64,000 nucleotides of DNA, taken from NCBI GenBank assembly GCA_002404835.1, contig DHKM01000005.1:558-64557 (forward strand), read 5' to 3'. Of this stretch, positions 9,331 through 17,790 are shown piece after piece. The position numbers were made by a program, and so were the translations under genes. Each line of letters starts with the position of its first letter. Position 1 is the stretch's first letter. Below the pieces are notes generated by a model that worked only from the letters and a program-made list of their open reading frames with translations, was not told the origin of the DNA and searched no databases. Source of the DNA: Bacillales bacterium UBA4694. GTDB lineage: Bacteria > Bacillota_I > Bacilli_A > RFN20 > CAG-288.

Positions 9331-9460
9331 ATTATTTTACTATCTTTTTGAATTTAAAGGAAATAAGACAAATGGGAAGATTGGGGTGGAAAAATACCCG
9401 TTTCAATTCTGTATTGTCAATGCTAAAATATGTTGTATTTTGATATTGGGAAAAACAAAC

Positions 9461-10333
9461 ATGGAAACAATTGTTGTCAGAGCTTTTGCCAAAATAAATC
9501 TGGCTATTGATGTTGTCGGAAAAAGAGACGATGGCTATCATTTGGTCGATATGGTGACGATTCCTTTGAAACTTCATGATTCTGTGGAAATTCAAGCACA
9601 GCAGAATGGCGGAGATACCTTTTTGTATTGCGATGATCCGTCATTGGTATGTGATGAAAGTAATCTTGCTTATAAGGCACTGAATTTGGTTCAGAATAAT
9701 TTTGATGTCAAAGGTGCCTATACTATTTTCATTTATAAAAAAATACCGGTTGAGGCAGGATTAGGTGGAGGAAGTGCGGATGCGGCTGCTGTGATCCGCG
9801 CATTGGCAAGATACATTCCAGAGGAACAGAAAGAGAAAGAAAAGAAAATCATGTCTCTTTCAACGAAAATCGGAGCAGATGTTCCTTTCTGTCTCGTCAA
9901 TAAACCATGTAGAGTGAACGGCATCGGAGAAAAACTCACTCCAATTAAAGTTGCTTATCCTTATCATGTGCTGATTGTAAAACCGAATCTTGGTCTTTCA
10001 ACGAAGTCGGTCTATGAAGCTTATGATCGCATCCAGGATGAAATTTCTCATCCCAATATCGATCAGCTTCTTGTCGGTTTGGAGAAAGGTGATGAAGAGT
10101 TGATCAAGCATAATATGGCAAATGTACTTTCTGCGCCAGCAATCAAAGCTCTCCCTTTGATTGCCGATCTGCTTGAGGAGATGCAGATGATGAATTTTCC
10201 TTTGTCTGGAATGTCTGGAACCGGTAGTGCCTGCTTCGCTTTAAGTAAAGACAAACACCTTCTTGAGAGAGCAGCACATGTTTTTGAAAAGGAAGGTAAT
10301 CTTACTTATCTTACGGAATTTAATCTTCTTTGA
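9461..10333 (+). CDS. ispE: 4-diphosphocytidyl-2-C-methyl-D-erythritol kinase
   Basis: The track ORF 9191.. carries a spurious N-terminal extension. METIVVRAFAKINLAIDVVGKRDDGYH begins at ATG 9461. GHMP kinase motif PVEAGLGGGSADAAAV. Confidence 0.9.
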   Translation: METIVVRAFAKINLAIDVVGKRDDGYHLVDMVTIPLKLHDSVEIQAQQNGGDTFLYCDDPSLVCDESNLAYKALNLVQNNFDVKGAYTIFIYKKIPVEAGLGGGSADAAAVIRALARYIPEEQKEKEKKIMSLSTKIGADVPFCLVNKPCRVNGIGEKLTPIKVAYPYHVLIVKPNLGLSTKSVYEAYDRIQDEISHPNIDQLLVGLEKGDEELIKHNMANVLSAPAIKALPLIADLLEEMQMMNFPLSGMSGTGSACFALSKDKHLLERAAHVFEKEGNLTYLTEFNLL

Positions 10334-10444
10334 TGAAATAGAATCTTTTTCTAACAATGAAAGAATTGTTTGAAAACCCTTTCTGAAGTGGCTTTTAATA
10401 ATTTCGTGTCTTATAATATATTGTAAATATTTTGGAGGAAATGT

Positions 10445-11425
10445 ATGAAGCTTGCTGACAATGCTGTCCTATACGCCCTCAGTGCTAACCATGATTTAGC
10501 AGAAAAAGTTGCATCCGAATTAGGTACGAAGCTGTCTCCGGTACGTTTGGAACACTTCCCAAGCGGCGAAATTCTTGCTTGTCCGGAAGAGTGCGTTCGT
10601 GGAAAGAAAGTCTACATTATTCAGTCCACATGTCCGCCGGTCAATGAAAACCTTATGGAAGTTTTGATTTTCATCGATGCCCTGAAAAGAGCTTCTGTTA
10701 AAGAAATCAATGTCATCGTTCCGTATTTCGGATATGCTAGACAGGACAGAAAATCCAAGCCGAGAGAACCTATTTCTTCAAAGCTTGTTGCTGATTTGTT
10801 TGTCGCTGCCGGTGCAAACCGTATCCTTACTATCGATCTTCATGCTACCCAACTTCAGGGATTCTTCTCCTGCCTTGAAGATGATCTTTCTGCCATTCCT
10901 CTTTTAGGATATACCATCAAACATGATGATACTGTTGATAAGAAAAATCTTGTCTGTGTCTCTCCAGATCATGGCGGTGTTGTCCGTGTCAGAAGAATTG
11001 CAGAAATCCTTCATACACCTATTGCCATCATTGATAAGAGAAGAAACGAGAAGAGAGTTGCTGAAGTCATGAATATCATCGGAGACGTCAAGGGTAAAGA
11101 GTGCTTGATTGTCGATGATATGATGGATACCTGCGGAACTGCTGTTGCCGCAGTCAAGGCTTTGAGAGATGCCGGTGCAACCAAGGTCATGATGGCCTGT
11201 TCTCATCCTGTTTTCTCTGATCCTGCTTATGATAGACTCAGTAACGGTTATCCGTTCGATCATCTTTGGGTAACGGATTCCATTCCGCTCAGAGGAAAGT
11301 TTATTGATGACAAAAAGCTTAACATAACCGTCTGCTCCTTAGCTAAGATGCTTGCTACTGCTATCTATTCCATCCACAACGAGCAGTCTGTCTCGATGTC
11401 TTATTCTTACTACTACGAGAAGTAA
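10445..11425 (+). CDS. prs: Ribose-phosphate pyrophosphokinase
   Basis: 326 aa. Motifs GYARQDRK, DLHATQLQGFF and PRPP loop LIVDDMMDTCGT. SD GGAGG upstream. Confidence 0.95.
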   Translation: MKLADNAVLYALSANHDLAEKVASELGTKLSPVRLEHFPSGEILACPEECVRGKKVYIIQSTCPPVNENLMEVLIFIDALKRASVKEINVIVPYFGYARQDRKSKPREPISSKLVADLFVAAGANRILTIDLHATQLQGFFSCLEDDLSAIPLLGYTIKHDDTVDKKNLVCVSPDHGGVVRVRRIAEILHTPIAIIDKRRNEKRVAEVMNIIGDVKGKECLIVDDMMDTCGTAVAAVKALRDAGATKVMMACSHPVFSDPAYDRLSNGYPFDHLWVTDSIPLRGKFIDDKKLNITVCSLAKMLATAIYSIHNEQSVSMSYSYYYEK

Positions 11426-11445
11426 CCATCAGTAATAAAGTAAAA

Positions 11446-11479
11446 AAGCTTACAAGATTTTGGCCTTGTAAGCTTTTTT
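11446..11479 (+). terminator. Rho-independent terminator of prs
   Basis: 11-bp stem AAGCTTACAAG (11446-11456) / CTTGTAAGCTT (11465-11475) running into a T tract that ends at 11479. Confidence 0.9.
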
Positions 11480-11853
11480 GGTTGTGACGTATTATCAACA
11501 ATAAATTTCAATCATTTTTTTGGGTACTATCACCTTGTTTCTTCGTTGTAGGAATTCTGTTATTCTAAATTGCAGAAAAAATAGCAAAGGAAAAGTAAGA
11601 ACGGCCAGTGTTTTTTTATGATCGGAATCCTCCATTTTCGTGATGCATGACGAAAACATTTCTGTCGGCTTTCTTTTTTTATCGGCATTGATTGGAAAAG
11701 ATTATAAGCCAATGTTCCGGATCTATATGTCTCTTGATAGGAATTACCGGAAATTCATTTGTATTCAAAAGGGAATGATTTCTGCAGTTATCAAACCGGA
11801 AGTCTCGTAGTGCAAAACTTATATAGAAAGAATGAGAATATATAATTGACTGA

Positions 11854-11886
11854 CAAAAAAAGCAACCTCATTTTATTGAGGTTGCT
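11854..11886 (-). terminator. Rho-independent terminator ending the RR-HK-GH3-membrane protein operon
   Basis: 10-bp stem AGCAACCTCA (11861-11870) / TGAGGTTGCT (11877-11886). On the minus strand it is followed by TTTTTTT. Confidence 0.9.
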
Positions 11887-11900
11887 TGAATGATCGGTGG

Positions 11901-12344
11901 TTAAGCAGCTTTTGCTTCTTTGACTTTCCCTTTTCCAAGGAAGGAAGCGACGGTAAAGAGAACAAAGGAGACAAGATAGAATGCAATACCGACAATGCTT
12001 GTCGTGGCTGCATCAATCTGCTTCTGAGGATGATTGACAGGAATGAGCATTTCGCCGACGACTTCTTCTTTGTCCAAGACGAAGAAGACGAATGCTAATA
12101 CGAATAGAGCTGCAAGAACAAAGAACACGATAGAGTCGTATTTTTCGATTTTATCTTCGAGGAAGATAAAGGCGATTGTGATTACAGCAAAGAGAATGGT
12201 TCCTAAGATTACGTATGCGTTCGGAGCATCTCCGACAAAGTATCCGGTTGTAGAAACAACGATGTAGAGGATAAGTCCGATTAAAGAGAGAAGAACGGAA
12301 GATAACAAGAGGAGGTTTCTTTTCGTTAAGAGATTTTTCAACAT
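11901..12344 (-). CDS. Small four-TM membrane protein, last gene of the GH3 operon
   Basis: 147 aa, four hydrophobic segments. ATG lies 1 nt after the GH3 stop. SD GGAGGAAAAG sits inside the end of the GH3 gene. Confidence 0.7.
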   Translation of the reverse strand: MLKNLLTKRNLLLLSSVLLSLIGLILYIVVSTTGYFVGDAPNAYVILGTILFAVITIAFIFLEDKIEKYDSIVFFVLAALFVLAFVFFVLDKEEVVGEMLIPVNHPQKQIDAATTSIVGIAFYLVSFVLFTVASFLGKGKVKEAKAA

Positions 12345-12345
12345 T

Positions 12346-15300
12346 TTACTTTTCCTCCTTCTTGACGAAAGTGAAGATGATGGTCAGGATAGCAAATCCG
12401 GCAGTCAGAATGCTGGTTGCGATGATGCAGGCTTTGTAGGTTGTTCTCCACCAGGTGTTGAGCTTGATCTGATATGCTTTGTAATTGGAGTTGACACCGT
12501 TCAAGGCGTTGGAATTGGCCAAAGAAAAGAGGATGTATTTGATGTTTTGATGGATGGCCTGGGCCATAGCTTTGTCTTTGGTAAGGCTTGCTGCGTTCCA
12601 ATAATCGAGAGACGGTTTTCCGAATCCGCAGAAAGCGACAGTTCCGGCAAGGATAGATTCCTTTGGAGCAGCCTTTAAGCTGACTCCGGTGAAGTCTGTT
12701 ACGGAGTATCCGGTGAATCCCCATTCGTCTCTTAAGATGGTCTGCTGGACGGCATAGTTTGCAGAACTTGCGACTGCGCCGATACGGTTGTAGGAGGTCA
12801 TGACGCCCAAAGCACCGAGCTTATAGGTATCTTTCTTGCTTTCATCGTTGTAGAAACTGGCCGGTTTTCCTTTGCAGGTGAACATGGCATTGAGGTTTCT
12901 GAGTTCGAGTTCACGTGCCTTCTGTTCATTTTCGAAGACAGCAATACCGGAACGGTTGATTTCCTGATCGTTGAATGCAGCATGCTTGATGTTGACAAGG
13001 CAGCCTTTGGACTGGGCACCCTGGACAACAGCAGATCCGATATATCCAGAAAGAACCGGGTCTTCGGAATAGTATTCGCCGCCACGGCCGTTATATCCGT
13101 TTCTGTGGAGGTTTCCGCCAGGACCGATGATGATCGGAAGGTTGAGAAGAAGGGATGTTTCTCCGATGATGATTTCACCGTTTTCATAGGCAAGTTCCTT
13201 GTTGAAGGAATAGGCAAGATTCTGCGGAGCAGGAGCAGTTCTTGTTCCCATGTAGGTGTTTTCGCTGACTTTGGCTTCGTCTGTATCTGTGAAGGCCTGT
13301 CCTTGATAGGAGGCTTCGTTCAGATAGTGGGTATCGGAGCCGCCCGGGCCGTCATCTGCCTTGTTTCCGCTGTATCCGACGGATTCGATCTTCTGGATGT
13401 TGTGAAAAGCATTGGAAGCAAAGTCGAGGAATTCGTCGACAGTGACCTTGTTGGCGAGTTCATCGTATCTTGGATCGTCAAAGGAAGCACCCTTGAGATC
13501 GGCAAGAGTCAATGTGGATGTCGTGTCGCCGAACTTGATGTCAGAAGTATCTTCGTCTGTCTTGAGCTGGATGAAATCGTTCTTCAGAAGTTCTTTGAGC
13601 CTTCCGTCTGCGGTAAGTCCTTCATAGGATTTCGGGAAGGTTTCATTCCAATTGGAACGAGAGAAGTAGGTAACGGTGTTAGGCTTGAAGGCGTTGAGAT
13701 CCATGGCGTAATCGCCATCGGTGAGTTGGTTGGTGATTTCTTTTCCGGTTTCGGAATAGGCGAATGTGGAAGTGTCGAAATCATCCCAGGTCCAACTGTA
13801 GGTGAGGTCCTTGTTTCCGTTCTTGTCCATTCCGTTTTCGGTGGTCTTTCCCTGACTTGCAAGAATGTTGTTCAGGGCATCATGGGCATTGTCGCCTAAA
13901 CTGAATGTATAAGTTCCGTTGTCGAGAATCCAGGTCTTGGCTTTGGTGTAATCATAGGAAGCGATATTCTGAAGATCAACATGCATTTCGATGGTCTGGG
14001 ATTCTCCTTTGGAGAGAAGCTTTGTCTTTTCGAAATCCATGAGCTGGATAGAAGACTTTTCGACTTTGTTGGTCTTATCGTAATCTGTATACGGAGACTG
14101 GGCATAGAGTTGGACGGATTTCTTTCCTGCGACATCTCCTGTGTTGGTTACCGTTACTTTTACGAGTGCGGTCTTCTTGTTTCCGTCGATGGTGACGCTA
14201 TCCAATTTCTCTTCGAAGGTCGTATAGCTAAGACCATATCCGAATGGATAGGTGACTTCGTTTGTATAATTCCAGGTTCCGTTTGTTGTTCCGATAGTGG
14301 AATCGTCTTTGGTCCAGGTTCCGGCTTTGGCGGTTTTGGCATCTTCGTTTCCGTTGACGATGTCATTATATCTGGTTTCATAGTAACGATATCCCTGATA
14401 GATGCCTTCTGCTTCTACCAAATAGGAATTGACGTTTTCCGCAGCTTCGAACTCGGATGCATTTGCCCACGGAATGTTTCCGAAGGACTGCATGCTTGGA
14501 TTGGCTTGATTGTTGGAAACAAACACATCGCCTAAGCTTGCTGAAGGAGAGACGGTACCATTTAAGACATCGGCAACAGCATAGAAGCCATAGGCTCCCG
14601 GATAACCGATCCACATGATGGCATCAATATCCGGATCGTCTCTGAGTTCCTTGATTTCCATGGTAGTGACGGAATTGACAAGGACGATGACTTTCTTGAA
14701 ATTATCTTTGGCAAGTTTGATGATTTCACGTTCCTCTTCGGAGAGGCCCATGATGTTTCCGGTCGTGCATTCTGGATTGGCTCCGGCAACATATTCTTTG
14801 CTTTCTCCGCCAGGACGTCCGACTACGACGATGGCCGCATCATTGTAGGAAGAGAAATCTTCTTTGTAATTCGGATTGATGCTGGCAAGTTCGGAAGGAG
14901 AGAGCTCACTCACTTCGTTGGTCTTGGCAAAATCCGTGTATTCCGGAGGCGTTGCACCGAAACCTTTTCCTCCCCATGTCTTATCGCTGAAATAAGTCTT
15001 ATAGGTGTTGAGCATGCTTGGATTGAGCTGGAATCCACTCTTTTCGAATGCTTCGTAGATCTTGTTTCCGTTGTCTACGGTGTTCTTATCGGCAATGGAT
15101 CCTCCGGAATTTCCATAAATGGCTGCATAGGAGCGAAGTCCAAGCAAAGTAACTTTGCTGGTTTTGCTGATCGGAAGTGCGTTATCTTCGTTCTTAAGAA
15201 GAGCAAAAGTTTCCTGCGCTTCACGGATGGAATATTCCTTGTATCCTTCGACGGCTTCTTTGGTTGATTTGAATTTCCCTTTGTAGTTCCAAGGGTCGGT

Positions 15301-15465
15301 TTGGTCGGCATCGCTGATTTTTTCATATTCCGTTTTGCTAGACACAGTACCGAAGACTTGGTCCATCTGACTGGAATATTTTTCCAGCAATGTGCTTGCG
15401 GTAATACTGGAAGCTAAAAGGAATGTGCTGACGACGGTCAATCCACGAAATAATTTGGTGTTCAT
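12346..15465 (-). CDS. Glycoside hydrolase family 3 enzyme, reversed domain order, signal peptide and C-terminal TM anchor
   Basis: Start moved to MNTKLFRGLTVVSTFLLASS (ATG 15463-15465, SD AAAGGA). Sandwich-domain motifs come first (LLKNEDNALPI, YPFGYGLSYTTF). Catalytic-domain motifs come later (KHAAFNDQE, GVMTSYNRIG, GYSVTDF). C-terminus is KACIIATSILTAGFAILTIIFTFVKKEEK. Confidence 0.85.
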   Translation of the reverse strand: MNTKLFRGLTVVSTFLLASSITASTLLEKYSSQMDQVFGTVSSKTEYEKISDADQTDPWNYKGKFKSTKEAVEGYKEYSIREAQETFALLKNEDNALPISKTSKVTLLGLRSYAAIYGNSGGSIADKNTVDNGNKIYEAFEKSGFQLNPSMLNTYKTYFSDKTWGGKGFGATPPEYTDFAKTNEVSELSPSELASINPNYKEDFSSYNDAAIVVVGRPGGESKEYVAGANPECTTGNIMGLSEEEREIIKLAKDNFKKVIVLVNSVTTMEIKELRDDPDIDAIMWIGYPGAYGFYAVADVLNGTVSPSASLGDVFVSNNQANPSMQSFGNIPWANASEFEAAENVNSYLVEAEGIYQGYRYYETRYNDIVNGNEDAKTAKAGTWTKDDSTIGTTNGTWNYTNEVTYPFGYGLSYTTFEEKLDSVTIDGNKKTALVKVTVTNTGDVAGKKSVQLYAQSPYTDYDKTNKVEKSSIQLMDFEKTKLLSKGESQTIEMHVDLQNIASYDYTKAKTWILDNGTYTFSLGDNAHDALNNILASQGKTTENGMDKNGNKDLTYSWTWDDFDTSTFAYSETGKEITNQLTDGDYAMDLNAFKPNTVTYFSRSNWNETFPKSYEGLTADGRLKELLKNDFIQLKTDEDTSDIKFGDTTSTLTLADLKGASFDDPRYDELANKVTVDEFLDFASNAFHNIQKIESVGYSGNKADDGPGGSDTHYLNEASYQGQAFTDTDEAKVSENTYMGTRTAPAPQNLAYSFNKELAYENGEIIIGETSLLLNLPIIIGPGGNLHRNGYNGRGGEYYSEDPVLSGYIGSAVVQGAQSKGCLVNIKHAAFNDQEINRSGIAVFENEQKARELELRNLNAMFTCKGKPASFYNDESKKDTYKLGALGVMTSYNRIGAVASSANYAVQQTILRDEWGFTGYSVTDFTGVSLKAAPKESILAGTVAFCGFGKPSLDYWNAASLTKDKAMAQAIHQNIKYILFSLANSNALNGVNSNYKAYQIKLNTWWRTTYKACIIATSILTAGFAILTIIFTFVKKEEK

Positions 15466-15483
15466 GACTGAGTATCCTTTCTT

Positions 15484-15501
15484 TCGAAGCTTTGGCTTCG
15501 A
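15484..15501 (-). other. Short stem-loop between the kinase and GH3 genes
   Basis: 7-bp perfect stem TCGAAGC / GCTTCGA with a 4-nt loop and no T tract. It sits in the 73-nt gap between the HK stop and the GH3 start. Confidence 0.4.
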
Positions 15502-15538
15502 TATTAAAAGAATACTCAAATGCGATGAAAGCGCTTAT

Positions 15539-16879
15539 TCATTTGACACGCTTTGATGGGTTTTGTGACACGTTTGGTAAGGTTCCGCTCTCCGGAATCG
15601 GTATGGCGATATTGAGAAAATAGATGTTGTCTTCTTGTTTCATATTGATCGTTCCGTGGTATTTTTCAACGATATAGCGGATGGATTTGCTTCCGTATCC
15701 GTGATTGATGTTATCTTTCTTCTTTGAAATCGGAAGTCCGTTTACGCCAAAGGAAATGAGTTTGTGGCAGTAATTCTCTTCTTGAATTAAGACGAGACCG
15801 TTTTGGCTAAATGTCTTAAGCTTGATGAGTCTGTAGTCATCTTTTTCTTCTTTGGCAGCTTCGATTGCGTTATCTAGGATATTTCCATATAAGGACGTGA
15901 TATCGCTCTTATTCATGAAGCGAATACATTCTCCGGAAAGCATGTAGGTAAAACGGATATTCTCTGAAGAACAAATCAAAGATTTTTGGGTGACGACGAT
16001 ATCCATTGCCTCGTTTCCGGTTCTGGCAATATTGGTATAGATGTCGATGGATTTTTCGATTTCATCGCTGATTTTGCTTCTTTCCTGCTCGTTGACGTTT
16101 TTCATCAGCAGAAGCTGATTTTTCATATCATGGAATTTGATGTTCAAAATGTCTGTTGCCTGTTTAGACAACTTTTGCTGATTGGCTTGTAATTCTAACA
16201 TACGTTCTAAGTTGTTTTTTTCGTCTGATAACTCTTTTTCCTTTATAACCAAATCTGAAACATACGGATAACCAATCATAATAATCAGAGATAAAAATGC
16301 AACAAGAATTGTGTAGATACGGATTGTGATGTTCCATTGGCTTACTGATTGGGAAAGATACAAAGTTGTGATCAGCATGATTAGAGCAAGAGGGAAAGAA
16401 AAGACTTGGTTTTTATTGTATTTTATAGAAATTTTGAAGTGGTAAATGATAATAAAAGAAAACAAATAGATACAGGTAAATGTCACAAAAAGAATGGTTT
16501 TCAGAAGGATATCGGATAATTGAGCAACGTTTGGTATCAAATCATATATAATGCCGAGTATGTTCCATGCAATATGCTGTAAACCCCATGAAGCAAAGGA
16601 AGCAAAAAAGGGAACAAAGATAGGCTCTTTGTATAAAAACAAAGCTAGGATGAAGCTGATGAGCATGATGAGGATATAACTGTAATTGAAATGAAGAAAG
16701 GTCAAGGAAGGCAGGAAATAGGTTGGAAATCCGATGATCAGACCGAGGAATATTCGCAAAGGAAAGAACTTCCTCTTTTTTGAATTGATGAGGATGATCA
16801 ACATGGCAAAATAGATTTCTAGGAAAAAAGAATAGTTTTGAAACGGAATGATTCTTCCGATAATGTTGTTTTCATTCAT
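15539..16879 (-). CDS. AgrC/HPK10-like sensor histidine kinase (multi-TM sensor plus GHKL ATPase)
   Basis: 446 aa, 6-7 N-terminal TM segments. H box KFHDMKNQL, N box GNILDNAIEA, G box HGYGSKSIRYIVEKYHG. Confidence 0.85.
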   Translation of the reverse strand: MNENNIIGRIIPFQNYSFFLEIYFAMLIILINSKKRKFFPLRIFLGLIIGFPTYFLPSLTFLHFNYSYILIMLISFILALFLYKEPIFVPFFASFASWGLQHIAWNILGIIYDLIPNVAQLSDILLKTILFVTFTCIYLFSFIIIYHFKISIKYNKNQVFSFPLALIMLITTLYLSQSVSQWNITIRIYTILVAFLSLIIMIGYPYVSDLVIKEKELSDEKNNLERMLELQANQQKLSKQATDILNIKFHDMKNQLLLMKNVNEQERSKISDEIEKSIDIYTNIARTGNEAMDIVVTQKSLICSSENIRFTYMLSGECIRFMNKSDITSLYGNILDNAIEAAKEEKDDYRLIKLKTFSQNGLVLIQEENYCHKLISFGVNGLPISKKKDNINHGYGSKSIRYIVEKYHGTINMKQEDNIYFLNIAIPIPESGTLPNVSQNPSKRVK

Positions 16880-17606
16880 GGCTGTTTGTATTTATGTTGG
16901 TGAAGCTGTATAGATCGTTCAACTTTGAAATCGCTTCTTTCTTTTTCGATCTGGAGATGGTGATATAGTCTTGGTTTTCCATGATCAGGATATCTCCTTT
17001 CATATAGGTGATTTTGTTAAGATTTACGATACATCCAGAGTTGCATTTGAAAAAGATCCTTTTATCTAATAGGGGTTCTATTTTATTCAGCGAGGAACGG
17101 AAAATGACGGTTGTATTATCCGATTTATGTATATTGACATCATGCTTTGACATATCGATGTAAAGGACATCAGTGGCTTTGAATTTTGTCAAAGCTCCGT
17201 GAATGTTGAGAACGAATTCTCCGTTTTCCTCTTTGGATATCAAAGACAGTGCTCTTTTCATGGCAAGAGAAAGATCGGCAAAAGTCATTGGCTTCAGAAT
17301 GAAGTCAAGCGCATTCACTTTATATCCATCGATGGCATATTGGGGAAGATTTGTGACGAAAATCAGCGGAGTCTGTATGTTTTTCTGGCGGATTTTTGTT
17401 GCGGTCTCCATGCCGTTGATTCCCGGCATATCGATATCCATGAAAATGATATCGAAACTGGTCATGTTTTCCTCAAGAAAATCATAGCCGTTTTCGAAGG
17501 CCTCGATTTCATATCGATAGGAGGTATCTTTGAAATACCTTTCTATCATTTCTTTACTGGTTTTGATTTGCTGCGGTTCATTTTCTACGATTGCTATTTT
17601 TATCAT
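16872..17606 (-). CDS. LytTR-family response regulator
   Basis: 244 aa. Receiver with IIFMDIDMPGINGME, FVT and ILKP motifs. C-terminal LytTR domain (LYIDMSKHDVNIH...FFKCNSGCIVNLNKI). Overlaps the kinase start by 8 nt. Confidence 0.9.
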   Translation of the reverse strand: MIKIAIVENEPQQIKTSKEMIERYFKDTSYRYEIEAFENGYDFLEENMTSFDIIFMDIDMPGINGMETATKIRQKNIQTPLIFVTNLPQYAIDGYKVNALDFILKPMTFADLSLAMKRALSLISKEENGEFVLNIHGALTKFKATDVLYIDMSKHDVNIHKSDNTTVIFRSSLNKIEPLLDKRIFFKCNSGCIVNLNKITYMKGDILIMENQDYITISRSKKKEAISKLNDLYSFTNINTNSHE

Positions 17607-17612
17607 AACTTA

Positions 17613-17618
17613 ATTATA
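17613..17618 (-). promoter_or_regulatory. -10 TATAAT 6 nt before the ATG of the response regulator (leaderless candidate)
   Basis: Minus strand reads CATATAAT-TAAGTT-ATGATAAAAATAGC. No SD. A possible -35 GTTACA lies 18 nt upstream. Confidence 0.45.
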
Positions 17619-17744
17619 TGATTTATGTTGTGTATTTGTAACCAGTTATTTTGGCCTTATGCGGAAACATTGAAACATGTTGATTTGTGGATAATCGTTT
17701 ATTCATGAAATTATCGATCGAGTTGAATTCGTTTGTTATGTAAG

Positions 17745-17788
17745 AAAAAGGGCTGTGAACCCTATTCGTAAAACGAATGTTTCACAGT
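17745..17788 (-). terminator. Terminator of rsmA
   Basis: Long imperfect hairpin: CTGTGAA (17753-17759) / TTCACAG (17781-17787) plus inner ATTCG / CGAAT. A T-rich tail follows on the minus strand. Confidence 0.7.
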
Positions 17789-17790
17789 CC

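Noticed and set aside
12982-13899. 305-aa plus-strand ORF and many 60-140 aa ORFs overlapping the first GH3 gene
   Set aside because: They are antisense or out-of-frame shadows of a strongly supported gene. Composition is low-complexity (Val/Gly/Ser/Phe-rich) and there are no start signals.
17686-17694. A perfect DnaA box (TGTGGATAA) upstream of the first response-regulator operon
   Set aside because: A single 9-mer is expected by chance about 0.5 times in 64 kb on two strands, and there are no neighbouring boxes.
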